From assembly GCA_963664015.2 (NCBI GenBank), contig CAXXLF010000001.1:992001-1056000 (forward strand): a DNA stretch of 64,000 nt. The letters are read 5' to 3'. The notes beneath the pieces were generated by a model, which was not told where the DNA came from, did not search any database, and saw only the letters and a list, made by a program, of their open reading frames with translations. Positions 39,687-49,321 of this stretch are shown here, in pieces (the stretch's first letter is position 1; each line of letters starts with the position of its first letter). Both the position numbers and the translations under genes were made by a program. Source of the stretch: Candidatus Binatia bacterium. Its GTDB lineage: Bacteria > Desulfobacterota > Binatia > UBA9968 > CAXXLF01.

Positions 39687-40642
39687 CAGTTGTTGAATTC
39701 GACGGTCTCGGCGACGGGGAGGTTCCGTAACACCGTTTGCGCCTCTTGGACATCATGATGCATCTGGTCGACCAGCAGATCGGTCGACGAAAACTTCTTT
39801 TGTTCCCGGATTCGCTTCACGAACGATAACCGCACAGGTTGATCGTACAAGTCTCCGTCGAAATCAAACAGAAAAGTCTCCAGGGTCCGCGGGCCCTCGC
39901 CAAAGGTCGGATTGTTCCCAAGGCTGGTTACGCTCGACCACCACTGCCCCTGGACCCGGAGAAAGGTTGCATAAATTCCGTCTGAGGGCACAACCTCGGC
40001 ACGTGTGGAAATATTGGCCGTCGGAAATCCGAGGGTTCTTCCCCGCTGATGGCCACCGACGACGCGACCGGAAACAAAATGATAACGTCCCAGGTAACGT
40101 TTCACCGAATGAACCTCCCCCTGCTCGATGAGCGCCCGAATGCGGGTGCTGCTGATACGTTGGCCCTGATCTAGGACAGGCTCCATAATCTTGACGTCAA
40201 ATCCACTCTGCGGCCCCCATCGGATCAGACTTTCCACATTCCCTCTTCGCCCACCCCCAAAACGGAACTCCTTCCCCACCCATATCCTGTGAATCTTAAG
40301 CCCTTCAACCAAGTACCGCTGGACAAAATCCTGAGCCTCGACTGCCGCAAACACCCTATTGAACTCCTGAATAACCACCGCATCCACGCCCATCGACTGA
40401 AGTAGCAGCATCTTGTCTTTGTGCCTCAAGATCAACTTGGGTGCCCGCTGGGGAGCCAACAGCTTGAGTGGATGCGGTTCAAAGGTCAGCACCACGGCAT
40501 CCCCGCCAACCTCTTTGGCGTCTCGGACCAGCCGCTTTAGCAGCGCTTGATGCCCCAAATGGATACCATCAAAGTTGCCCATAGTCAGGACCGGCTTTGA
40601 GACTGAGAGTCGTCGATCCAAAATATGACGAAAAATCTCCAT
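39686..40642 (-). CDS. ribF: bifunctional riboflavin kinase/FAD synthetase
   Basis: GNFDGIHLGH, TFEPHP, ISSTRIR, GRTLGFPTAN. Confidence 0.96.
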   Translation of the reverse strand: MEIFRHILDRRLSVSKPVLTMGNFDGIHLGHQALLKRLVRDAKEVGGDAVVLTFEPHPLKLLAPQRAPKLILRHKDKMLLLQSMGVDAVVIQEFNRVFAAVEAQDFVQRYLVEGLKIHRIWVGKEFRFGGGRRGNVESLIRWGPQSGFDVKIMEPVLDQGQRISSTRIRALIEQGEVHSVKRYLGRYHFVSGRVVGGHQRGRTLGFPTANISTRAEVVPSDGIYATFLRVQGQWWSSVTSLGNNPTFGEGPRTLETFLFDFDGDLYDQPVRLSFVKRIREQKKFSSTDLLVDQMHHDVQEAQTVLRNLPVAETVEFNN

Positions 40643-40764
40643 GACAAATCACAGGAACTTGCAGCCATCAAGCAACAACCATTTTCCTCTGTTTCAATAC
40701 TGGCAGCTGTTGGCGAGAGGCTAAACAGGGAACGGACGGATAGGCCCCGACAATGTGAGAGGGG

Positions 40765-41625
40765 CTAGGACTCCAGGGTTTTGACTTTTTGCTGCGCGAG
40801 CACCGCCTCTTGGGATTGCGGGTAAAGGGCAATGAGTTCCTGGAGAATCAGACGGGCATCACCCTTGTCTCCCAGTTCTGCAAAGGCAAAGCCCTGCTTA
40901 AGCAAAGCTGCCGGGACTTTGTCTCCGCTAGAATACTTTCGCCGCACTGCATCAAATTCCAGAATCGCCTGGTCAAATTGCTTCAAGGCGTAATGACTTT
41001 CCCCGATCCAATATTGGGCATTGTCGGCGTAATCGCTCTTTGGATGCTTCACAATAAACTCTTTGAACCGGATAATCGCATTCCGGTAATCTTTGTTATC
41101 AAGCGTCTTTCTGGCTTGTTCATAATCCACACGCGCCGGATCCGCCCGTTCCGGGGTCGGCATCGAACGTGACTCGGTCGGGTTACGGCGCGTCAACGTG
41201 GCCAACTCAGATCCCACTCCCGTGGCTCTTAGGACAGCCTTCCTGAGGACCTGCAATTCCTGTTCCCGTGCCTTGAGCAGAGTCCCTTGGGCTCTGAGCT
41301 CATCATCAATTCGTACGATCCGGTCTTCCAGATCCACTACCTTTTGCTCTCGCTGTTGGGAGGATTCGCCCAATTGACGGTCTATTTGGTGGCGCATCTC
41401 ATCGGACCATCCCCTCAAGGCATTCAATTGGCTTTGCATCTCCTGGATGGAAGCGCGGGAATCGGCCAGTTGAGCCCGAACCCCATCAAGGTCCTTACGG
41501 AGTTGTGAGTTCTCAGTTCTGAGACTGCGTTGTTCCCTTTCAACTAGTGTCATTTCTTGAGGCCCAACACAGGCGCTCAAAAGGAGGCTTACCGTCAAAG
41601 CGGGAATAGAAGTCATCCACTTCAT
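40765..41625 (-). CDS. cpoB: tol-pal system protein YbgF/CpoB (lipoprotein signal)
   Basis: LLLSAC lipobox, coiled coil, TPR region ADNAQYWIGE..KVPAALLK; follows pal. Confidence 0.88.
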   Translation of the reverse strand: MKWMTSIPALTVSLLLSACVGPQEMTLVEREQRSLRTENSQLRKDLDGVRAQLADSRASIQEMQSQLNALRGWSDEMRHQIDRQLGESSQQREQKVVDLEDRIVRIDDELRAQGTLLKAREQELQVLRKAVLRATGVGSELATLTRRNPTESRSMPTPERADPARVDYEQARKTLDNKDYRNAIIRFKEFIVKHPKSDYADNAQYWIGESHYALKQFDQAILEFDAVRRKYSSGDKVPAALLKQGFAFAELGDKGDARLILQELIALYPQSQEAVLAQQKVKTLES

Positions 41626-41672
41626 AGCAGTACCCCCGTATGATTCAGAAGATGGAGATTCACTTAATGAGA

Positions 41673-42260
41673 TTAGGAAGCAGGCCCGAAACCGATAATC
41701 ACAAAATGGATTCGCCGGTTTTTCTGCCAGCATGTTTCACTCTTCGTCTTGCAAACCGGCAATTCTTCACCATAACTGATAGTCGATAATCGATTGGAAC
41801 CAATCCCCAATGTTACCAGGTAGTCCTTCACGGCCTGAGCCCTTCTGGCACCGAGGGCGAGATTGTATTCGTTGCCCCCCTTCTCATCCGCATGCCCCTC
41901 AATTTCAATCCGCCCGCGGGGATTGTTCTGAAGCCAGCGGGCATTAGCATTAAGGGTTTCCCGCGCTTCCGGACGAAGAGTAAAACGATTGAATTCAAAA
42001 TAGATGTCCTGAAGTGAGCTGGACTTGCTAGAGGAAGAGGTGGAGGGAATTTCCGAACCCCGTTGAAAAGCCTCCAAACTTCGGGCCTGGGCCGATGGCG
42101 GGACCTCACTGGAACTGATCCCCCGCTCCCCACCACCCGTCGCTCCTGATTGATCAGAGGAAGAGGAAGAACTGCCCATCATCCCTGGGACACAGCCCAC
42201 GAGAGAAACCGAACTCGCCAGGACAAAAACACTCAGTGGAAAATTCCACCGATAAATCAT
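41673..42260 (-). CDS. pal: peptidoglycan-associated lipoprotein Pal
   Basis: LVGC lipobox, IEGHADEKG..EYNLALGARRA, ISYGEE, KNRR; AGGAGG RBS at ATG 42260. Confidence 0.95.
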   Translation of the reverse strand: MIYRWNFPLSVFVLASSVSLVGCVPGMMGSSSSSSDQSGATGGGERGISSSEVPPSAQARSLEAFQRGSEIPSTSSSSKSSSLQDIYFEFNRFTLRPEARETLNANARWLQNNPRGRIEIEGHADEKGGNEYNLALGARRAQAVKDYLVTLGIGSNRLSTISYGEELPVCKTKSETCWQKNRRIHFVIIGFGPAS

Positions 42261-42286
42261 GGGAACCTCCTTCTCCACAGGACCTC

Positions 42287-43597
42287 CTACTGCAAACGAG
42301 GAGACCACGATGGGTTTGTATCATCTCCGGAGGAGCCTGTCAATATTCGTTGGTTATCACCGTTGGCACGCATAACGTAAACTTGGTACCGGCCAGTGCG
42401 GTTGGAGCTAAAAACGATATACCTTCCATCGGGAGACCAAGATGGATCCTCGTTATCGCCTGCATTGGCGGTAAGTTGTCGAGGATCACCGCCCTGTGAG
42501 GGGATGGAGAATATGTTAAACCGACCATCGGACATACCCGCATAGGTAATCTTATCCACTTTCGCTGACCATTCCGGCGATGTGTTGTACTTTCCTGAAT
42601 AGGTCAGTCGCCTGGTTTTCAACGTCGAAATGTCAATGATATAAATTTGCGGCCGGCCGCTTCGATTAGAGACAAATGCCACCTGGTCCCCCTTCAGCGA
42701 CCAGGTGGGAGAGACATCGATTCCGGTACTACGGGTCAATCGTTTGACGATCTTTCCTTTGGAATCGAGCAGATAAATATCCACGTTGCCCTTGTTTTCC
42801 AAAGACAAGGCGATTCGCTTGCCATCGGCAGACCAACTCCCGCTTAGGTTAAGCCCCTTTCGCCCGGAAAACTCGATATCACTACCTGAAGTAAAATCAT
42901 AACGATAGACCTTAGGCTTGCCGTCCTTATAGGAAGTATAGAGAACGCTGCGCCCGTTGGGAGACCAGGAAGGCGACAGATTAATGGAGCGGTTGTTGGT
43001 TACCTGTTCCCTATCGGTACCATCCAGGTGTGCTACGTAAATTTCCTTGAAACGTCCAGCTCCCGTGGACACGTAGGTGATGCGTGTATCGAAGGCGCCT
43101 CTGACACCGGTGAATTGAAATATAATCTCATCGACAAACTTATGCGCCATACGCCGATAGTCTTGGATCTGCCCCGTGTATCTCTTTCCGCCCCTCTGTC
43201 TTCTCTGAAATACGTCGAATAGTCGGAACTCGGTGATGAGCACACCATCTTTGAGCTCAAATCCTCCCTTCACGAGCGCCTCTGCTCCGAGGGTAGACCA
43301 GTCACGAAAATCGAAGCGCCCCAATCTGATCCCGCTGGTCTTGGGATCTTCAAGATACGTTGCCCGATCGATAATACGAAACCAACCGGAGAGATCCAGG
43401 TCGCGGGCGATGATATCCGCAATCCCCTCGGAAAACTTTGGATCGTCCATTGCGGGACCTAGATTTTTGAGCAGTGACACGGCAATGGGGTATCGCTGGG
43501 CGCCCGGACCCACGATCAAACCCTTGACCTGAGCCTCGACCCGCATGGCAGCGGACACTACCAAAAGCATTACAAGTGCAAAAATAATCCTTCGCAT
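42287..43597 (-). CDS. tolB: Tol-Pal beta-propeller protein TolB
   Basis: TolB N-domain plus PD40 repeats (SPSWSPNG, PSWSPDG); operon context. Confidence 0.95.
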   Translation of the reverse strand: MRRIIFALVMLLVVSAAMRVEAQVKGLIVGPGAQRYPIAVSLLKNLGPAMDDPKFSEGIADIIARDLDLSGWFRIIDRATYLEDPKTSGIRLGRFDFRDWSTLGAEALVKGGFELKDGVLITEFRLFDVFQRRQRGGKRYTGQIQDYRRMAHKFVDEIIFQFTGVRGAFDTRITYVSTGAGRFKEIYVAHLDGTDREQVTNNRSINLSPSWSPNGRSVLYTSYKDGKPKVYRYDFTSGSDIEFSGRKGLNLSGSWSADGKRIALSLENKGNVDIYLLDSKGKIVKRLTRSTGIDVSPTWSLKGDQVAFVSNRSGRPQIYIIDISTLKTRRLTYSGKYNTSPEWSAKVDKITYAGMSDGRFNIFSIPSQGGDPRQLTANAGDNEDPSWSPDGRYIVFSSNRTGRYQVYVMRANGDNQRILTGSSGDDTNPSWSPRLQ

Positions 43598-43604
43598 TGC
43601 GGGA

Positions 43605-44591
43605 TTACCCCCTCAAGTCCTTAGGCCGAAAAGTCAGCTCCACATTCAGAAAATCACTGCGATAATTATTCGGCGGCGACGGTAAAGGTGCGGCCTTTCT
43701 CATGGCCCGCAGCACCGAATCATCGTAGGATGGGTCTCCAGACTTTTCAAGAATCTTGAGTCCGACGATGTCACCGGTTTCCAGTACACCAAAACGCACA
43801 GTCACCTGCAGCTCTGGGTTTTTCCCTGCCCACGCCCACCGTTCCTTGATCAAGTTGAGCATCTGGTTCCTATAAACGAGGAACTCGATACCTTTCAGAA
43901 CGCCCCCACCACGCCCCCCCTTGCCAGGGGTGGCCGCACCGTCGCCCTCATTGGCCCCAGCGTTTACCCCATTGTTACTGGATTCGCCTCGACTCTTTTG
44001 CGTCCGCTGTTTTACCCGATCCAGGGCCGCTTGAATCAGTTGTTCGCGCACCTGCCCAGGTTGGGGCTGTGCCTCTTTTGTTGCCTCTGCTTTCAAGCTC
44101 CCTTGAATGCTCCCATGCTGCTGGGGGGGGGCCTTATAAACCTTTTTCGACACCTTTTTTGACCGCCTCTCGACGGGCGCTGCCGGCTTCTTGGCCAGGG
44201 CCACCCGGGGTGGCCTGATCCGCTTGAGCCTCTTTACCCTCTGAATCTGGTTAGGTCGTAAAGGTCGCTTCTTTTCAATCTTTTTTGTAGCAGCGACCTT
44301 TTTCTGTCTTGCCTGAACCGGCTTTTTCTTCGATACGGGCGGTGACTTTACAGAGACCACCGTGCCAGATCCACCCAGTTTCTCCCCGCCTACCAACTCT
44401 ACCGAGTAAACCGGATAGGTGATGGTGCGCGAAAAAGGTGAATTGGGAACGAGCAAAAACACAATGAGGATGAAGCTATGAACAATACCGGAAATCCCAA
44501 CCCAGTGCCAAAGCCCGATCCTCCCCTCATTCGGCGGCGAATCGTCTCCGCTTCCCTCGCCATTCCCCTGAAGAAAGGAACGGAATTCCAC
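43605..44591 (-). CDS. tolA: TolA/TonB-type energy transducer
   Basis: TM segment with SxxxH, Lys/Pro-rich linker, KSGDPSYDDSVLRA..PLP C-domain; lies between tolR and tolB. Confidence 0.8.
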   Translation of the reverse strand: MEFRSFLQGNGEGSGDDSPPNEGRIGLWHWVGISGIVHSFILIVFLLVPNSPFSRTITYPVYSVELVGGEKLGGSGTVVSVKSPPVSKKKPVQARQKKVAATKKIEKKRPLRPNQIQRVKRLKRIRPPRVALAKKPAAPVERRSKKVSKKVYKAPPQQHGSIQGSLKAEATKEAQPQPGQVREQLIQAALDRVKQRTQKSRGESSNNGVNAGANEGDGAATPGKGGRGGGVLKGIEFLVYRNQMLNLIKERWAWAGKNPELQVTVRFGVLETGDIVGLKILEKSGDPSYDDSVLRAMRKAAPLPSPPNNYRSDFLNVELTFRPKDLRG

Positions 44592-44594
44592 AGG

Positions 44595-45017
44595 TTAGCC
44601 TCGATCCGTCGGGGGTTGGGTAATCATTCCCAACCGAACGATTCCCGCCTCTTTGATTGTAGCGATAGCACTCATGACCGCCCCGTAGTTAACATCCCGG
44701 TCCGCCCTGAGAAAAACCTCTTTACCCGATTGGATCTTCGTTATGGCTTGTAGTTTCTTCTTCAACTCGCTAAGCCTCATCCTATTATCATTTAGGTAAA
44801 CCCGACCATCTTTAGTAACGGAAACCACCAACGGTTCCTCGTTGCCTGTTACGGCCCCCGCCTTGGCCTCTGGCAGGTTCACCTGCACCCCTTGTTGAAG
44901 GATGGGAGCGGTCACCATGAATATCACCAGGAGCACGAGCATGACGTCCACGAAAGGAGTCACATTGATCTGTGAAATGGTCGTTCCATTTCGCTGGGAG
45001 GATAGATTGCCAGCCAT
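44595..45017 (-). CDS. tolR: TolR
   Basis: INVTPFVDVMLVLLVIFMVTAP, LRADR. Confidence 0.93.
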   Translation of the reverse strand: MAGNLSSQRNGTTISQINVTPFVDVMLVLLVIFMVTAPILQQGVQVNLPEAKAGAVTGNEEPLVVSVTKDGRVYLNDNRMRLSELKKKLQAITKIQSGKEVFLRADRDVNYGAVMSAIATIKEAGIVRLGMITQPPTDRG

Positions 45018-45060
45018 AGTTCAATCCCCCTTTAGCCTATTGCATTGGATCCCAACTATT

Positions 45061-45801
45061 TTACGTAAGGAAATGACGCTCTGCAATGTTTAGAAACTCG
45101 TCTGAAAAGTTGTCCATATCGGCGGCCAAGAGCTTAATCTTATTGGTAAAATGATTGTAGGCCATCAAGGCAGGAATTGCCGCTGCCAGACCCGCTGCCG
45201 TGGCAATCAATGCCTCCGCAATACCGGGGGCAACGGCTTGAATACTAGATGAGTGCGTCACGCTCAGTCCACGGAAGGCGTTCATGATGCCCCATACGGT
45301 ACCGAACAGTCCTATGAACGGCGTTGCACTGGACGTTGTGGCCAGAAACGTCAACGCCTTTTCCAGCTTGGTGATCTCGACGTTGGCCGCCCGCTTCATG
45401 GCCCGCGCCACGTTCTCAGCCCCGCCTAACTCGGTAGAGAGTTCGTCCCCCGTTTGATTTTCTTTTCTCGTCTGGGAAACCCGGATCATCTCTTCGTAAC
45501 TCGCACGGAAAACCTGTGCCACCGGACTGAGCATCAGCTCCTTACTCGTTTCGTGGATGGATTCTAGGTCCTGGCTATCCCAAAAGTTGTGAATGAACTG
45601 CTCCGACTGTATCCTAGCCAAGCGTACCTGGCGGAATTTTTGAAATATAATTCCCCAACTGACGATCGAGAATAACACCAGCAAATACAGGATAAACTGG
45701 ACGACCGGCCCCGCTCCACGGACCAAGTCCAGGATGTCTTGTTTTTGCGGAGTCAACAGCTCGGTTTGGGCAAGTAGTTCAATAAACCAAAGAAAAGGCA
45801 T
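45061..45801 (-). CDS. tolQ: TolQ
   Basis: PFIGLFGTVWGIM, VAPGIAEALIATAAGL; start probably ATG 45801 (track 45870). Confidence 0.93.
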   Translation of the reverse strand: MPFLWFIELLAQTELLTPQKQDILDLVRGAGPVVQFILYLLVLFSIVSWGIIFQKFRQVRLARIQSEQFIHNFWDSQDLESIHETSKELMLSPVAQVFRASYEEMIRVSQTRKENQTGDELSTELGGAENVARAMKRAANVEITKLEKALTFLATTSSATPFIGLFGTVWGIMNAFRGLSVTHSSSIQAVAPGIAEALIATAAGLAAAIPALMAYNHFTNKIKLLAADMDNFSDEFLNIAERHFLT

Positions 45802-45902
45802 GGAAAATTTCAACAATTCATTTGAAAAATTATTACAATCGCTGTACTTAGTCAAACAATTCCAAAACATTTCCGAAAAAAAGATTTAGCGAAGTTTTGC
45901 AA

Positions 45903-47084
45903 ATGATCCCTACACTAAAAGATTTAGACCTAAAAGGTAAAAGAATTTTCGTGCGTGTTGATTTCAATGTCCCGTTGAGCGACGGTAGGATAACCGAGAC
46001 GCACAGGATTGACGCCACCCTCCCGACACTGAGAACGCTGCAATCGCAAGCGGCAAAGATCGTCCTGGCGTCGCACCTTGGGCGCCCCGGGGGGAAGAGG
46101 GAAGCCAAATGGAGCCTTGCACCGGTGCGCGCATATCTGGAGCAAGCGCTCTCTATGCCTGTTGCCATGGCTCCCGATTGCACGGGTCCCGAGGTCGAGG
46201 CCCTGGTCAAAGACAACAGCCAACCGACCGTCATCCTCTTGGAGAACCTGCGTTTTAACCCAGGAGAAGAGGCCAATGACACCGATTTTTCCCACGCCCT
46301 TGCCGCACTGGCGGAAGTTTACGTGAACGACGCCTTCGGAACCGCGCACAGGGCCCATGCCTCAACCGCAGGGATGGTCCCCTACGTCCCACGCAAAGGG
46401 ATGGGCCTTCTCTTTCAAAAGGAGATGGAATGCCTAGGTCGGGCTCTCTCATCGCCTGAACGACCCTTTGTCGCGATACTCGGAGGAGCAAAGGTTTCCG
46501 ACAAGATGGGAGTTATCCGAAACCTCATGGACAAGGTCAACACCCTAATAATTGGGGGCGGCATGGCCTATACCTTTCTCAAGGCCCGCGGCCGAACCGT
46601 TGGAAAGTCCCTTTTGGAGGAGGATCGATTGCACCTGGCAATGGAACTTATCAACCTTGCCAACGATCACAATGTCCGACTGCACCTCCCTACGGACCAC
46701 GTGGCAGCACAGACCGCTGAGAGTATGAGCGGGACAGTCATCTCGGATGAAAACATACCCTCCCAGTTGATGGGACTGGACATCGGCCCCAGGTCCACGG
46801 ATACCTTCGCCCAAGAGATCCGCAACGCTGGGACAGTTATCTGGAATGGCCCCGTGGGATTGTTCGAGAAAGAGCCCTTCAGCCACGGGACCTGCGCTTT
46901 GGCCAAAGCCCTAGCTGAGAGCAACGCCATCAGCATCATCGGCGGCGGCGACACCGTCGCCGCCGTTGGACAAGCCGGTGTCGCCGAGAAGATGACCCAT
47001 CTATCCACAGGCGGTGGAGCCACTCTGGAATTTCTCGAGGGCAAGAAGCTACCCGGAGTTGTCGCACTGGAGAACAATCAATGA
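45903..47084 (+). CDS. pgk: phosphoglycerate kinase
   Basis: RVDFNVP, SHLGRP, NDAFGTAHRAHAS, GGAKVSDK, STGGGA. Confidence 0.98.
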   Translation: MIPTLKDLDLKGKRIFVRVDFNVPLSDGRITETHRIDATLPTLRTLQSQAAKIVLASHLGRPGGKREAKWSLAPVRAYLEQALSMPVAMAPDCTGPEVEALVKDNSQPTVILLENLRFNPGEEANDTDFSHALAALAEVYVNDAFGTAHRAHASTAGMVPYVPRKGMGLLFQKEMECLGRALSSPERPFVAILGGAKVSDKMGVIRNLMDKVNTLIIGGGMAYTFLKARGRTVGKSLLEEDRLHLAMELINLANDHNVRLHLPTDHVAAQTAESMSGTVISDENIPSQLMGLDIGPRSTDTFAQEIRNAGTVIWNGPVGLFEKEPFSHGTCALAKALAESNAISIIGGGDTVAAVGQAGVAEKMTHLSTGGGATLEFLEGKKLPGVVALENNQ

Positions 47085-47866
47085 AACGCCCTCTGATTGT
47101 AGGCAATTGGAAGATGAATGGGACAAGCGCTGAAGCCGTAAAGCTCACCCGTCATGTCCGCGATGGGGTGAAGGCACTCAGGTCCGTAGAAATCGCCCTG
47201 GCTCCCCCCTTCACTGCCCTGAATGCGGTGGCGTCGATAACCGGTGGCCGTCGCATTCACTTGGTTGCACAGAACGTCCATTGGGAAGACAAGGGGGCTT
47301 TCACCGGGGAGATCAGTGCCCGGATGCTCAAAGAGATCGGTTGCCAACTTGTCATTGTCGGCCATTCGGAACGACGGCACCTGTTCCATGAAACCGATCG
47401 GTGGGTGGCTTGGAAGATACGCGCCACGCTCAATTCGGGCCTCCTTCCCATCTTGTGCGTGGGCGAAACCCTTGCGGAGCGCCAGCGCGGCCGCGCCCGG
47501 CAAGTGATCACACGCCAGCTACGCGCCGCGTTGAAGGGGATACGGGAAAGTGCTATAGACAAACTCACGGTCGCTTACGAACCGGTCTGGGCCATTGGCA
47601 CGGGCCAACATGCCACGCCAGTACAGGTCGCACAGGCCCACCGATGGATTCGCGACGCCCTAAAAGAGCTATTGGGCAGGTTCAAAACTGGAGAGATTCG
47701 AATTCTTTACGGAGGAAGCGTTCGGCCGGATAATTCCTCGGAGATCGCCGGCGTAGCGGAAGTAGATGGGTTGTTAATAGGGGGAGCCAGTCTCAAGGCC
47801 GACGACTTTTTAAGGATCATCGGCGATTTCGAACAGTCTAAATCAAGGCAACGGCGGAGAAAATAA
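47081..47866 (+). CDS. tpiA: triosephosphate isomerase
   Basis: GNWKMN, GHSERR, AYEPVWAIGTG, YGGSV, GGASL. Confidence 0.98.
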   Translation: MKRPLIVGNWKMNGTSAEAVKLTRHVRDGVKALRSVEIALAPPFTALNAVASITGGRRIHLVAQNVHWEDKGAFTGEISARMLKEIGCQLVIVGHSERRHLFHETDRWVAWKIRATLNSGLLPILCVGETLAERQRGRARQVITRQLRAALKGIRESAIDKLTVAYEPVWAIGTGQHATPVQVAQAHRWIRDALKELLGRFKTGEIRILYGGSVRPDNSSEIAGVAEVDGLLIGGASLKADDFLRIIGDFEQSKSRQRRRK

Positions 47867-47869
47867 CGC

Positions 47870-48196
47870 GTGATTACTTTTGTTGTCATCCTCCATATTA
47901 TCGTGAGTCTGGGACTCATTCTGGTCGTTCTGCTACAAACCGGAAAAGGAGCCGAGATGGGAGCCGTATTCGGAGGTTCCAGCTCGACCATTTTTGGGAG
48001 TGGTGGAGCGGGAAATTTTCTGACTCGGCTAACCACCGGCATGGCCATCGTATTTATGGTGACCTCGCTCACGCTGGGGTATTTTTCCGGGAAGCAGGGA
48101 TCCTCCACCGTCTTCGATTCGGTAACTCCTCCAGCGGCTCGCTCGACTCCCCCTGCCGCCGAATCAGACCAACCGTCAAGACCTCCCGGATCCTAG
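47870..48196 (+). CDS. secG: preprotein translocase subunit SecG
   Basis: VLLQTGKGAEMGAVFGG..FGS.GAGNFLTRLT; tpiA-secG-tRNA-Leu synteny. Confidence 0.95.
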   Translation: MITFVVILHIIVSLGLILVVLLQTGKGAEMGAVFGGSSSTIFGSGGAGNFLTRLTTGMAIVFMVTSLTLGYFSGKQGSSTVFDSVTPPAARSTPPAAESDQPSRPPGS

Positions 48197-48234
48197 AAAG
48201 AATAGGGTCAACACCGTTCCAGTGGCTCAGGCAT

Positions 48235-48321
48235 GCGAGGATGGCGGAACCGGCAGACGCGCTAGCTTGAGGGGCTAGTGCTCGAAAGGGCGTGGGGGTT
48301 CAAATCCCCCTCCTCGCACCA
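48235..48321 (+). tRNA. tRNA-Leu (anticodon GAG)
   Basis: Acceptor GCGAGGA/TCCTCGC + A + CCA, anticodon stem CTAGC/GCTAG with loop TTGAGGG, long variable arm, GGTTCAAATCC T-arm. Confidence 0.97.
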
Positions 48322-48781
48322 GACCAACCGCCTGTTTTCTCAAGGGTTCCCGATTTGAGACCTGGATAGGTTTCGGTAAAGGTTTCGGTTTAGCCCTATT
48401 TAGGGCCGCTTTTCCAAACGTATCTTGCCCTCCAAGCCATCTTCCATATCTGCTGAAAATCATCCCTGCTGACGTTCCGACTTACTCTGCTATCTGCTTC
48501 GGATTTTCCCCATACGATAGCTGCACAGATATGAAACTGTGCCGTGTGAGGTAGAAATCCCGGTGACGGATATTCAACACCGTGAGTGCCCCTTGGAAGT
48601 AGCGATCACCAAAGCTCAAGTGGTTAATGGGGTTCCCATCCCGTTGAGTAAATAGATGGGCCTCTGGCCGTACTCTCAGGGGCTTTATCTGCTTTAGGTA
48701 GGCGAGTACGTTCTCGTTTAAGGTAATTGTCCGATTGCTCCCCAGCGTCTTGGTTTCGCTTTCTGCATACTCGGTACGCGA
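48275..48781 (-). pseudogene. tyrosine integrase C-terminal remnant
   Basis: Manual translation SRTEYAESETKTLGSNRTITL...RHRDFYLTRHSFISVQLSYGENPKQIAE*VGTSAGMIFSRYGRW; in-frame TAA at 48482-48484; N-terminus missing. Confidence 0.8.
48368..48389. repeat. tandem direct repeat, candidate integrase arm-type sites
   Basis: AGGTTTCGGT at 48368-48377 and 48380-48389, about 50 bp inside the tRNA 3' end. Confidence 0.5.
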
Positions 48782-48989
48782 TCCGAAAGTGATCCAAAGA
48801 ATTTACAAGGAGATCTTTCCACTGGTGAAGAAGGGCGGATGCTTTCTCAATTTCGACCGGCTAGGTTCTCCATTAAAAGATCAAATGTCGTGGCTCGGAC
48901 AGGCCGGATTTATCGACGTAAAATGTTTTTGGCAAGACGAAAGACGCAGCCTCTTCGGCGGATTTAAAAGGGAGCAGCCACATTCCTGA
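48774..48989 (+). pseudogene. C-terminal fragment of a class I SAM-dependent methyltransferase
   Basis: VRDPKVIQRIYKEIFPLVKKGGCFLNFD...WLGQAGFIDVKCFWQ; no GxGxG N-terminal half. Confidence 0.6.
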
Positions 48990-49321
48990 ATGCCGACCAT
49001 GCACGCCCACAGTGTTGCATATTCTTCTTGACTGAAAACTGATTACTGGCGACGGTTTTGTCTGCTCCCTGCCTCTGCCTGCTTTTCTTACTCCTTCCGG
49101 GTAGTCCTGTTGTCCGTAGTCAGTGGTCTGCACCAGGCGCATTGGGTTATGCCCTTTGTAATCTTCTGCATTTAGCGATTCTCTAGCCTCAATCTTCCAT
49201 CCCCGTCTTACCTTTTTCCTTTCCCAGCCCTTTGCCCTACTCCCATTCCGAGACCGTCCTTGACAATATGGAAGAGGGTCGAGTATAGATGCAGGCATTC
49301 GGCCGGAAGGTAGCATGCCCC

